Positions 1 through 7,685 of a DNA stretch of 32,000 nt are shown one piece after another. The notes below the pieces were generated by a model. That model made no database searches. It was not told where the DNA came from and was given only the letters and a program-made list of their open reading frames with translations. The stretch covers positions 1,360,049 to 1,392,048 of the forward strand of contig CAWKDN010000001.1 of the NCBI GenBank assembly GCA_963848415.1, read 5' to 3'. How positions within the stretch are numbered: position 1 is the first letter of the stretch; each line of letters begins with the position of its first letter. This DNA comes from an uncultured Solirubrobacteraceae bacterium. GTDB taxonomy: Bacteria > Actinomycetota > Thermoleophilia > Solirubrobacterales > Solirubrobacteraceae. Position numbers and translations under genes: made by a program.

Positions 1-935
1 TGGGCCGGCACGCGGTAGTAGGCCTTCTGCCCCACGCCGCGCTCCTGCAGCGCCGCGCCGAGCTCGTCCGGGCGATCGTCGCGGATCACGTAGAGGTGCC
101 AGGCGGGATCCGCGCCGTCGACCGGGGCCGGGAGCGTCACGAGCTCACCCAGGCCGGCGTCGGCGTAGGCCCGGCCCGCGGCGCGGCGGCCGTCGCACCA
201 GGCGTCGAGGTGGGGCAGCTGCACGCGCAGGATCGCGGCCTGCAGCTCGTCCAGGCGGGAGTTGTGGCCCACCAGCTCGAAGGTCGTCTTGTCGCGCGAG
301 CCGTGGAAGCGCAGCATCCGCACGCGGTCGGCGACGTCGTCGTCATCGGTCGTGATCGCGCCGCCGTCGCCGAAGGCGCCGAGGTTCTTCGACGGGAAGA
401 ACGAGAACGTGGCCGCCGAGCCCAGCGCGCCCGGCCGGGCGCCGCCGCCGGTCAGCGAGCCGGCCGCCTGGGCGGCGTCCTCGAGCACCGGCACGCCGAG
501 CGCGGCGATCTCCTCCACCGGCGCGACGTTGCCGAACAGGTGCACGACGATCACGGCCCTGGTGGCCGGCGTCAGCGCCGCGCGGACCGTCTCGGGGGTC
601 ACGCAGAACGTCTCGGGGTCGACGTCGCAGAACACGGGGCGCGCGCCGGTCGGCGGGATCGCCTCGGCCGAGGCGTAGAAGGTGAAGGACGGCACGACCA
701 CCTCGTCGCCGGGGCCGACGCCGAGCGCGCGCAGGGCGAGCGTCAGCGCGTCGGTGCCGTTGGCCACGCCGACCGCGTGGCGGACGCCCACGTAGTCGGC
801 GAACTCGGCCTCGAAGCGCTCGACCTCCGGTCCGAGGATGAAGGTGCCGCGGTCGAGCACGTCGGCGATGCGGGCGTCGAGCTCGGCGCGCAAGGGCGCG
901 AGCGGGGTGCGGGTGTCGAACAAGGGAACGCGCAT
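1..935 (-). CDS. DegT/DnrJ/EryC1/StrS-family PLP-dependent sugar aminotransferase (3' end cut by the window edge)
   Basis: This gene is absent from the ORF track because it runs off the left edge. My translation of the reverse strand from ATG 935-933 is open for 311 codons. It reads MRVPLFDTRTPLAPLRAELDARIADVLDRGTFILGPEVERFEAEFADYVGVRHAVGVANGTDALTLALRALGVGPGDEVVVPSFTFYASAEAI...ATFSFFPSKNLGAFGDGGAITTDD...FHGSRDKTTFELVGHNSRLDELQAAILRVQLPHLD. These are typical family motifs (NGTDAL, PSFTF, FSFFPSKNLG). The + strand ORF 96..1718 is its antisense shadow over this span. Confidence 0.85.
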   Translation of the reverse strand, partial: MRVPLFDTRTPLAPLRAELDARIADVLDRGTFILGPEVERFEAEFADYVGVRHAVGVANGTDALTLALRALGVGPGDEVVVPSFTFYASAEAIPPTGARPVFCDVDPETFCVTPETVRAALTPATRAVIVVHLFGNVAPVEEIAALGVPVLEDAAQAAGSLTGGGARPGALGSAATFSFFPSKNLGAFGDGGAITTDDDDVADRVRMLRFHGSRDKTTFELVGHNSRLDELQAAILRVQLPHLDAWCDGRRAAGRAYADAGLGELVTLPAPVDGADPAWHLYVIRDDRPDELGAALQERGVGQKAYYRVPA

Positions 936-980
936 CGGCGCAAGAACCGTACGGGACGGGCGGTTCCTTCTGTCCGCGGA

Positions 981-1024
981 CCCGCCCCCGCTCCGCCCCC
1001 GCCCCCGCCGCCGCCCGGCTCCCC
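981..1024 (-). repeat. C-run/G-run tract in the degT-dedA divergent intergenic region, with G-quadruplex potential on the minus strand
   Basis: The + strand reads cccgcccccgctccgcccccgcccccgccgccgcccggctcccc. The C-runs are 3, 5, 5, 5, 3 and 4 long and are separated by 1-7 nt. The region lies between the two divergent start codons and translates only as a proline-rich shadow with an 8-residue Pro run. Confidence 0.5.
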
Positions 1025-1097
1025 GCCGCTACCCTCGATTGCCGGTGCTCCCCCCTTCGCCTCCCTCACCGACCCCATCGTCGAGTTCGCCGTCGAC

Positions 1098-1718
1098 GTG
1101 ATCGACGCGCTCGGCCTGCCCGGCATCTTCGTGCTGATGGTGGCCGAGAGCGCGTGCATCCCGATCCCGTCGGAGACGACGTTCCTGTTCGCGGGCTTCA
1201 ACGTCTCGCGCGGGGAGTACACGACCCTCGCCGTGGTCGCCACCGGCACCTTCGCGAACCTCGTGGGCTCCTGGATCGCCTACGCGCTGGGCTACTACGG
1301 GCGGCTGGACATCCTCGAGAAGCACGGCAAGAAGCTGCACATCAAGCCCTCGCACCTGAAGTGGGCCGACGACTGGTTCGCGAAGTACGGCGCCGCGACG
1401 GTCTTCTTCTCGCGCATGCTGCCGATCATCCGCACGTTCATCTCGCTGCCCGCCGGCGTGGCGCGGATGCCGTTCTGGCAGTTCACGGTGCTCACGACGC
1501 TCGGCTGCATCCCGTGGATCTTCGGGCTGACCTTCCTCGGCCAGCAGGTCGGGGCACGCTGGGAGGATTGGAAGGACTACCTGCACTACGTCGACTACGT
1601 CGTCGCGGCCCTGATCGTGGCCGGCGTGGCCTACCTGGGCATCCGCTACCTGCGCGGGCGCCGGCAGGCCGCCCAGCGGCGCCGTTCCGAGGCCACCGAG
1701 GCCGCGGCTGACGCCTGA
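1098..1718 (+). CDS. dedA: DedA/SNARE-associated family membrane protein
   Basis: This is the C-terminal third of track ORF 96..1718: ...IDALGLPGIFVLMVAESACIPIPSETTFLFAGF...FFSRMLPIIRTFISLPAGVARMPFWQFTVLTTLGCIPW. These are DedA hallmarks (E..ipiPsE, R.lP..R...s..AG). GTG 1098 is the first canonical start upstream of the conserved core. Homology may extend about 10 aa further upstream (DPIVEFAVDV), where no canonical start exists, so the start is uncertain. Confidence 0.8.
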   Translation: MIDALGLPGIFVLMVAESACIPIPSETTFLFAGFNVSRGEYTTLAVVATGTFANLVGSWIAYALGYYGRLDILEKHGKKLHIKPSHLKWADDWFAKYGAATVFFSRMLPIIRTFISLPAGVARMPFWQFTVLTTLGCIPWIFGLTFLGQQVGARWEDWKDYLHYVDYVVAALIVAGVAYLGIRYLRGRRQAAQRRRSEATEAAADA

Positions 1719-2520
1719 GCCCGGCGCACCGTCGGCGCTCGAGACCGCGGCGCTCGGGCTGCTGCAGGGTCCCGCCGAGCTGCTGCCGGTCTCCTCCTCG
1801 GCGCACGTCGCGGCAGTCGGATGGCTGCTCTCGCTCCGCCACGCCCGCCTCGACGGCGAGCGGCGCAAGGAGGTCGAGGTGGCGCTGCACGCGGGCTCGG
1901 CGCTCGCTCTGGCCGCCGGTCTGCGCGGCGAGCTCGGCTCTGCCGCGCGCCGGCCGTGGGGGCTCCTGCTCGCGACCGCGCCGGCCGCCGTGGCCGGACT
2001 GCTGCTCGAGCGCCCGGTGCAGGAGCGCCTCGGCGGCCCGGTGGCGCTGGCCGCGGGCCTGGCCGCCGGGGGCTGCGCGTTGGCCGCCGCCGACCGGTGC
2101 CCGCAGCGGCGCCGCTGCGGCGACGCCCGCGGACGCGACTGGCTGGCGATCGGGGCCGCGCAGGCGTGTGCGCTGGCGCCGGGCGTCTCGCGCAGCGGGG
2201 CATCGCTGGCCGCCGCCCGCGCGCTCGGCTTCCGCCGCGGCGACGCGGCCGAGCTCGCGCGCACGACCGCCCTGCCCGTGCTGGCCGGGGCGACCGCGCT
2301 CAAGGGCGTGCGCCTGGCGCGGCGCGGGGCCGGGCCGGCGACGCGCCGGGCGCTGAGCGCCGGCGTGCTGGCGAGCTTCGCCTCCACGCTGGCCGCGCTG
2401 CCGGCCGTGCGCGCGCTCGAGCGCGACCGTCCGCTGTGGCCGTGGGCGGCCTACCGTGGCCTGCTGGCGCTGGCGCTGCTCGCGGCGTCGCGCGCGCGGC
2501 GGCGTCAGATGCGCGTGTAG
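1708..2520 (+). CDS. uppP: Undecaprenyl-diphosphate phosphatase (UppP/BacA); the start codon is non-canonical or unresolved
   Basis: In-frame translation from 1738 gives LETAALGLLQGPAELLPVSSSAHVAAVGWLL..., which is UppP motif I. Track ORF 1879..2520 contains ACALAPGVSRSGASLAAA, which is motif II (PGxSRSG). There is no ATG/GTG/TTG in this frame between the stop at 1612-1614 and GTG 1879. CTG 1708 would give a normal protein of about 270 aa. Confidence 0.75.
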   Translation: MTPEPGAPSALETAALGLLQGPAELLPVSSSAHVAAVGWLLSLRHARLDGERRKEVEVALHAGSALALAAGLRGELGSAARRPWGLLLATAPAAVAGLLLERPVQERLGGPVALAAGLAAGGCALAAADRCPQRRRCGDARGRDWLAIGAAQACALAPGVSRSGASLAAARALGFRRGDAAELARTTALPVLAGATALKGVRLARRGAGPATRRALSAGVLASFASTLAALPAVRALERDRPLWPWAAYRGLLALALLAASRARRRQMRV

Positions 2521-2714
2521 TGGTGCTCGATCGCCCCGCGGCGGCGGCTGACGCGCACGAGGCGGATCAGGCCGAAGTCCAGCAGGCGCCGGACGTGGTA
2601 GGCGACCGTGCCCAGCGGAGCCCCGAGCTCGGTCGAGAGGCGGCGAGGACTGGCCTCGCGACCGTCGAGCGACTCGTAGATCCGGGCGCGCAGCGGATGG
2701 TCGAGGGCCGCCAC
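2505..2714 (-). CDS. Small winged-helix (ArsR-like) transcriptional regulator
   Basis: The 69-aa ORF reads MAALDHPLRARIYESLDGREASPRRLSTELGAPLGTVAYHVRRLLDFGLIRLV. It shows the ArsR/SmtB-type pattern (DPxRxxIlxxL...s.seLa..lg.s...vs.Hl..L...GLv). It uses a GTG start and is shorter than typical family members. Its 3' end overlaps the uppP 3' end by 16 nt in convergent orientation. Confidence 0.6.
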   Translation of the reverse strand: MAALDHPLRARIYESLDGREASPRRLSTELGAPLGTVAYHVRRLLDFGLIRLVRVSRRRGAIEHHYTRI

Positions 2715-2908
2715 CCGGCGGCCGTCGGAGATGGGGTCCGTGGGTTGCAGGCTTCCTGCCCTCCTGGCCGCGTTTCCGTACGCGGGCGTTCGATAGACGC
2801 ACCGTAGCCGCAGGAGCGCGCAAACTCCATGGAATGATCGTCCATGGCCGAACGGTCAGGTCCCGCGGAGCGCTGCGGCCCCGCCGCCGGCTGCGCGACA
2901 CTGTGGCC

Positions 2909-3991
2909 ATGATGCACGCCTACGCCCGCGCGGGGGTCGACACGGGCGGGACCGATCAGGCGGTCGGCGCGCTGGTCGACGTACTGCGCTCGATCGACCC
3001 CGGCCGCGCTTCGCGCTCCGTGCTGGCCTCTGGGCACTACGCCGCGGTGCTGGCGGTGGCGCCGAACCTCGGGATCGCAGTCGGGACCGACGGCGTGGGT
3101 TCGAAGCTGATCGTCGCCGAGCAGACCGGCCGCCTGGACACGGTCGGCATCGACTGCGTGGCGATGAACGTCAACGATGTCGTGTGCGTCGGCGCCGAGC
3201 CGATCGCGCTGCTCGACTACCTCGCGGTCGAGCGCGCGGACGCCGAGGCCATGCGGGCGATCGGCCACGGCCTCAAGCGCGGCGCCGAGGCGGCCGGGGT
3301 CGAGATCCCCGGCGGCGAGGTCGCGGTGCTGCCGGAGCTGATCCGCGGCCACCCCTCGCCCGGTGGCATCGACCTCACGGCCGCCTGCTTCGGCACCGTG
3401 GCGTTGGACCGGCTGGTGACGGGCGAGCGCATGGCCCCCGGCGACGCGGTGATCGGCCTGCCGTCGAGCGGCCTGCACTCCAACGGCTTCACGCTCGCGC
3501 GACGGGTGCTGCTCGACGACGGGGGCGGCCTCGGCCTCGACGAGCGGCCCGGCGAGCTGGGCGGCGCGAGCGTCGCCGACGTGCTGCTGGAGCCGACCGT
3601 GATCTACGTGCGGGCGGTGCTCGAGCTGCTGCGGGCCGAGGCGGTCGACGTCCGCGGGCTCGCGCACATCACGGGCGGCGGCCTGCTCAACCTCCTGCGC
3701 CTGCACGCGCCGGTCGGCTTCGAGCTGACCGACCCGCTGCCGGTCGCGCCGGTCTTCGGCCTGATAGCCCGCCTCGGCGAGGTCGACGCCGGCGAGATGT
3801 GGGAGGTCTTCAACATGGGCTGCGGCTTCGTGGCCGTCGTGCCCGAGCCCGACGCGGACGCCGCGATCGCGGTGCTCGATCGCCACCACCCGGGCACCGC
3901 CCGGATCGGGACGGTCACGGCGGACGACGGCCGGGTCGAGCTGCCCGGCCTGGGCCTGGCCGGCGGGGCCGGCGGGCTGCGCCCGACCTAG
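2909..3991 (+). CDS. purM: Phosphoribosylformylglycinamidine cyclo-ligase (AIR synthetase)
   Basis: The sequence reads MMHAYARAGVDTGG...GTDGVGSKLIVAEQTGRLDTVGIDCVAMNVNDVVCVGAEPIALLDYLA...GLPSSGLHSNGFTLARRVL...LLEPTVIYVRAVLELL...AHITGGGLLNL...EMWEVFNMGCGFVAVVPEPDADAAIAVL. It is collinear with E. coli PurM blocks as I recall them. I chose ATG 2909 rather than the track start 2834 because the first 25 codons (MIVHGRTVRSRGALRPRRR...) are not PurM-like. Confidence 0.9.
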   Translation: MMHAYARAGVDTGGTDQAVGALVDVLRSIDPGRASRSVLASGHYAAVLAVAPNLGIAVGTDGVGSKLIVAEQTGRLDTVGIDCVAMNVNDVVCVGAEPIALLDYLAVERADAEAMRAIGHGLKRGAEAAGVEIPGGEVAVLPELIRGHPSPGGIDLTAACFGTVALDRLVTGERMAPGDAVIGLPSSGLHSNGFTLARRVLLDDGGGLGLDERPGELGGASVADVLLEPTVIYVRAVLELLRAEAVDVRGLAHITGGGLLNLLRLHAPVGFELTDPLPVAPVFGLIARLGEVDAGEMWEVFNMGCGFVAVVPEPDADAAIAVLDRHHPGTARIGTVTADDGRVELPGLGLAGGAGGLRPT

Positions 3992-4026
3992 CCCGACGGC
4001 TCCTCGCCACCCCGCGCCCCTGCCGG

Positions 4027-4278
4027 CTAGCTCGCCGCCTCCTCCTTCGGCTCGTTCTCGACGTCCAGCGCGTCGCCGCCGCTGGCCTGGTCGGAGTCCG
4101 GCTCCGGCTCCGGCTCGGCCTCCTCGCCGGTCCCGGCGCCCGGGACCGAGTCGTCGCGCTTCTTGGTCTGCCAGTCGTCGCGCGTCTCGTCGATCTCGGC
4201 CTTGAGCCGGTCCGACTGGTGCTGCATGTCCTCGACCTCGGCGTCAAGTTCGTCGGCGCGGTCCGCGTGCTCGCTCAT
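4027..4278 (-). CDS. Small, highly acidic hypothetical protein (83 aa)
   Basis: ATG 4278 is preceded by a strong SD (minus strand gggtAGGAGGcggcgcATG). The sequence is MSEHADRADELDAEVEDMQHQSDRLKAEIDETRDDWQTKKRDD... followed by an acidic, Pro/Glu-rich tail. I recognise no family. Confidence 0.6.
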   Translation of the reverse strand: MSEHADRADELDAEVEDMQHQSDRLKAEIDETRDDWQTKKRDDSVPGAGTGEEAEPEPEPDSDQASGGDALDVENEPKEEAAS

Positions 4279-4308
4279 GCGCCGCCTCCTACCCTCGCGC
4301 CGACCGGC

Positions 4309-4512
4309 TCAGCCGTCGGACTCCGCGTCGGCCTCGTCCTCCGAGGCCCCGCGCTCGGCGAGCTTCTCCTCGAGGTAGGCAGCGCGCTGCGCCCGGCGCT
4401 CGTGCTGGGCGGCCTCTGCGGGGTCGAAGGACTCCTCCGCGCGCTCGTGCTCGGCCTCGCGCTTGGCGTGCTGCTCGAGCCAGAGCTCCTCCGTCTCGGG
4501 ATCCGGAGCCAC
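4309..4512 (-). CDS. Small, highly charged hypothetical protein (67 aa)
   Basis: The start is GTG 4512, with a taggA-type weak SD about 9 nt upstream. Codon third positions are GC-rich throughout. The sequence is MAPDPETEELWLEQHAKREAEHERAEESFDPAEAAQHERRAQRAAYLEEKLAERG.... It lies 30 nt upstream of the next small gene on the same strand. I recognise no family. Confidence 0.5.
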   Translation of the reverse strand: MAPDPETEELWLEQHAKREAEHERAEESFDPAEAAQHERRAQRAAYLEEKLAERGASEDEADAESDG

Positions 4513-4644
4513 GTCGGGATCCTACCGGCGGTCCAGGCGTTTGAGGCCCGGCGGGCCGATGCCCGCAGCGCGACCGGCTGGTTGCCTGCCGCCCATGATC
4601 ATCCCCCGACGCTCCTCCGCCTCGCGCCGCCGCCGGCGGCCGAC

Positions 4645-5616
4645 CTACCCGCGGCGTTCCGCCTCGGCCTCCGGCCTCGCCACCGCTTCGCTCGCGGGGG
4701 CGGTCGCCTCGCCGCCGGCCTCCTCGCTGCGGTCCTGGCCGCGCTCGGGCTCCGGCTCGCGCTCGTTCCCGCGGTCGTCCTCGGCCTGACGGCCGTTGGC
4801 GCGGCGCGCCTCGAAGCGCAGCTGGTTGACGACCGCCCCGCCGAGGATGACGATCGCGACCACGTAGAACCACAGCAGCGCGATCAGGATGAAGACGAGC
4901 GTGGTCCCGATCCGCCCGACCGTCGAGACGTTGTTGAGGTAGAGCGGGAAGGCGTAGTCGACGATGCCGATCGCGATCGTCGCCAGCAGCGCGCCCGGCC
5001 ACACGCACGTCCACGGGATGATCCCGCTCGGCACCGCGAAGTAGATGACGCACAGCAGCAGGAAGAGCGTGATCAGGCCACCGAGCGTCAACAGCCAGTA
5101 GACGAGCCCGGGCACGTCGGAGAGCCCGAGCGGCAGGTCGCGGGCGCTCGAGGCCACCAGCGACTGCAGCGTCGGCACCGCCACCGTGGCGGCCATGAAG
5201 AGCAGGACGACGAGCAGCATGACCAGCGAGAAGAGCTTCTGGCGCACCCACGAGCGGCACGGCAGGTCGTAGATGCCGCAGAACGCGGTGTCCATCGCGC
5301 CCCAGAACGAGCCGCTGACGTAGATGCTCGTCACGAAGGCGACGATGCCGACGGTCGTGGAGGAGCCCTCGATGTTGCGAACAACGTCGTCGAGCGTGGA
5401 CTCGGCGGCGGACGGGAAGAGCTGCTCGAGGTCGAAGAGGATCGACTCCGCGAGCTCCTCGGAGCTCAGCACCTGCCCGGCGATGAACAGCGCGATCAGC
5501 GCGAGCGGGAAGACCGAGAGCAGCAGGTTGTAGGCGACCATCGCCGCCAGGCCGGTCAGGTTCTCTTGGTAGGCCTTGTGCCAGAAGCGCACGACGGCCT
5601 GGCCTGCGGTCCGCAT
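4645..5616 (-). CDS. YihY/BrkB (virulence factor BrkB / former 'RNase BN') family polytopic membrane protein
   Basis: The 323-aa ORF reads FWHKAYQENLTGLAAMVAYNLLLSVFPLALIALF...SFWGAMDTAFCGIY...YFAVP...PGALLATIAIGIVDYAFPLYL...FILIALLWFYVVAIVILGGAVVN. This is the typical YihY topology and motif set. It has a charged C-terminal tail. Confidence 0.85.
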   Translation of the reverse strand: MRTAGQAVVRFWHKAYQENLTGLAAMVAYNLLLSVFPLALIALFIAGQVLSSEELAESILFDLEQLFPSAAESTLDDVVRNIEGSSTTVGIVAFVTSIYVSGSFWGAMDTAFCGIYDLPCRSWVRQKLFSLVMLLVVLLFMAATVAVPTLQSLVASSARDLPLGLSDVPGLVYWLLTLGGLITLFLLLCVIYFAVPSGIIPWTCVWPGALLATIAIGIVDYAFPLYLNNVSTVGRIGTTLVFILIALLWFYVVAIVILGGAVVNQLRFEARRANGRQAEDDRGNEREPEPERGQDRSEEAGGEATAPASEAVARPEAEAERRG

Positions 5617-5734
5617 CGTCGCCGCGAACCGTATGCGCTCGCGCGCTCCGGCGCGGGCGAGGGCGTGCCATCACCTGCGCCGGACGGCTCGCGACGCGGT
5701 AGCTTCCCTCAACGGACCAAGGAGGAGAGAGACC

Positions 5735-7255
5735 GTGAGCCGCAACCTGGCCCTCAACCTGACCGAGACGGCCGCCGAGCACGGCGACAGCATCGCGCTC
5801 AAGCTCGACGACGCGGAGGTCAACTACGCCCTGCTCGCCGAAGGGACGGCGCGGGTCGCCGGGCTCCTGCACGAGCACGGCGTCCGGCCCGGCGACCGCG
5901 TCGGGGTGATGCTCCCAAACGTCCCCCACTTCGCGCTGGCCTACTACGGCGTCCTGCGCGCGGGCGCGGTCGTCGTGCCCATGAACGTGCTGCTCAAGGG
6001 GCGCGAGGTGGCCTACTACCTGTCGGACTCCGGCGCGAAGCTGCTGCTGGCCTGGGACGGCTTCACCGAGGCGGCGAGCGCGGGGGCGCAGGAGGCGGGC
6101 GCCGAGCTGATCGAGGTCGCGGCCGGCGCCTTCGAGCAGACGCTGATGGAGACCGAGGCGCGCCACGAGGTGGTCGAGCGCGACGCGCAGGACACCGCGG
6201 TCATCCTCTACACGTCGGGAACCACCGGCCGGCCCAAGGGCGCCGAGCTGACGCACGAGAACCTGCGGCGCAACGTCGAGATCTCCGCCCGCATGTTCGA
6301 CCTGGGCCCGGACGCCGTGATCCTCGGCGCGCTGCCGCTCTTTCACTCCTTCGGCCAGACCTGCGCGCTGAACGCCGGCATCGCGGGCGGCGCCTGCCTG
6401 ACCCTGATCCCGCGCTTCGAGCCGGGCAAGGCGCTGGAGATCATCCAGCGCGACAAGGTGACGGTCTTCGAGGGCGTCCCGACGATGTACGGCGCGATCC
6501 TCAACCACTCAGACCACGCGGACTTCGACACCTCCTCGCTGCAGGTCTGCGCCTCGGGCGGCGCGTCGATGCCCGGTGAGGTGATGCGCGGCTTCGAGGA
6601 GGCCTTCGACTGCACGATCCTCGAGGGCTACGGGCTGTCGGAGACCTCGCCGGTGGCCTCCTTCAACCAGCCCGACCGCGAGCGCAAGCCCGGCTCGATC
6701 GGCACGCCGATCGAGGGCGTGGAGATGCAGGTGGTCGACGACGAGGACAACGAGCTGGAAACCGGCGAGGTCGGCGAGATCGTGATCCGCGGCCACAACG
6801 TCATGAAGGGCTACTGGCAGAACCCGGACGCGACCGCCGAGGCGATGCGCAACGGCTGGTTCCACTCCGGGGACATGGCCAAGGTCGACGAGGACGGCTA
6901 CTTCTTCATCGTCGACCGCAAGAAGGACCTGATCATCCGCGGCGGCTACAACGTCTACCCGCGCGAGGTCGAGGAGATCCTCTACGAGCACCCGGCCGTC
7001 CGCGAGGCCGCGGTGGTGCCCGTGCCCGACGACGAGTGGGGCGAGGAGGTCGGCGCCGCGGTCGCGCTCAAGGAGGGCGAGTCGGCCGACGCCGACGCGC
7101 TGCGGGCGCACGTCAAGGAGCAGGTCGCGGCCTACAAGTACCCGCGCCACATCTGGTTCGTCGACGAGCTCCCGAAGGGCCCGACGGGCAAGATCCTCAA
7201 GCGCGAGATCAAGGTGCCCGAGCGCTCGCACGCCGAGGAGCCGGCCGGCGCCTGA
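5735..7255 (+). CDS. AMP-dependent acyl-CoA synthetase/ligase (FadD-like)
   Basis: GTG 5735 is preceded by ccAAGGAGGAGagagacc. The sequence has AMP-binding motifs ILYTSGTTGRPKGAELTH, EGYGLSETS, GWFHSGDMAKVDEDGYFFIVDRKKDLIIRGGYNVYPREVEE and PKGPTGKILKRE. The track ORF start at 5576 lies upstream in non-homologous sequence. Confidence 0.9.
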   Translation: MSRNLALNLTETAAEHGDSIALKLDDAEVNYALLAEGTARVAGLLHEHGVRPGDRVGVMLPNVPHFALAYYGVLRAGAVVVPMNVLLKGREVAYYLSDSGAKLLLAWDGFTEAASAGAQEAGAELIEVAAGAFEQTLMETEARHEVVERDAQDTAVILYTSGTTGRPKGAELTHENLRRNVEISARMFDLGPDAVILGALPLFHSFGQTCALNAGIAGGACLTLIPRFEPGKALEIIQRDKVTVFEGVPTMYGAILNHSDHADFDTSSLQVCASGGASMPGEVMRGFEEAFDCTILEGYGLSETSPVASFNQPDRERKPGSIGTPIEGVEMQVVDDEDNELETGEVGEIVIRGHNVMKGYWQNPDATAEAMRNGWFHSGDMAKVDEDGYFFIVDRKKDLIIRGGYNVYPREVEEILYEHPAVREAAVVPVPDDEWGEEVGAAVALKEGESADADALRAHVKEQVAAYKYPRHIWFVDELPKGPTGKILKREIKVPERSHAEEPAGA

Positions 7256-7267
7256 CCCCTGGCCGGA

Positions 7268-7315
7268 GGCGGCGGCTCCGGTTCATGAGACGGCTGGCCG
7301 TCTCAGGCCGCCGCC
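7268..7315. terminator. Nested GC-rich hairpin between convergent genes (candidate bidirectional terminator)
   Basis: The inner stem is gagacgg (7287-7293) paired with ccgtctc (7298-7304), with loop ctgg. The outer stem is ggcggcggc (7268-7276) paired with gccgccgcc (7307-7315). There is no clear U-tract. The structure overlaps the last codons of the minus-strand gene. Confidence 0.35.
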
Positions 7316-7680
7316 AGCCAGTCCAGCAGCGCGCGGCGCGAGAAGCGCCAGCGCTCCCCGAGCCGGCGGGCGGGCAGCTCGCCGGCCTCGGCCAGCGCGA
7401 GCACCTCGGCGGGCTCGATCTGCAGCAGCGCGGCGACGTCGGCCTCGGTGAGGACCTCCGGCGGGTCGGCCGGCCGGAAGGAATGGCGGCCGACGGTGAG
7501 CGCGTCTGGCTCGGTCTCCACGACGACCCGCCGTCCGGCGTCGGGCGGGCTAGGGAGCGTGCGGACCAAGCGGCTCACGAGCTCGCGCTTGGGAATGCGC
7601 AGCTCCGCGGCGGCGCGGTCGAGACGCTCGGCCTCCGCCGCGGCCAGGCGAACGAACAGGGGCTTCAGGGTCTCGCTCAT
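7303..7680 (-). CDS. DNA-binding protein: N-terminal RHH-like segment plus C-terminal excisionase/MerR-type helix-turn-helix
   Basis: From ATG 7680 the sequence is MSETLKPLFVRLAAAEAERLDRAAAELRIPKRELVSRLV... (ribbon-helix-helix-like). The C-terminus is LTEADVAALLQIEPAEVLALAEAGELPARRLGERWRFSRRALLDWL (excisionase-family HTH pattern). There is no SD upstream of the ATG. The track start at 7815 would add 45 non-homologous codons with lower GC3. Confidence 0.65.
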   Translation of the reverse strand: MSETLKPLFVRLAAAEAERLDRAAAELRIPKRELVSRLVRTLPSPPDAGRRVVVETEPDALTVGRHSFRPADPPEVLTEADVAALLQIEPAEVLALAEAGELPARRLGERWRFSRRALLDWLAAA

Positions 7681-7685
7681 GGAGG

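Noticed and set aside
96-1097. The N-terminal two-thirds of track ORF 96..1718 (540 aa), including an 8-residue Pro run (PPPPPPPP).
   Set aside because: This part is the antisense of the DegT aminotransferase gene plus the C-run intergenic tract. Only the C-terminal ~205 aa (DedA) shows protein-family features.
3184-6579. Very long track ORFs of 440-1131 aa, e.g. 3184..6579 +, 4289..6508 -, 2567..3889 -, 14724..16811 +, 19720..21723 +, 26592..28931 +, 28871..31351 - and 29767..31704 +.
   Set aside because: These are Arg/Ala/Gly/Pro-rich low-complexity translations with no recognisable motifs. They overlap, antisense or out of frame, genes with clear homology (purM, yihY, fadD-like, pbpA, gyrA, gyrB). 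They are typical shadow ORFs of a stop-codon-poor, high-GC genome.
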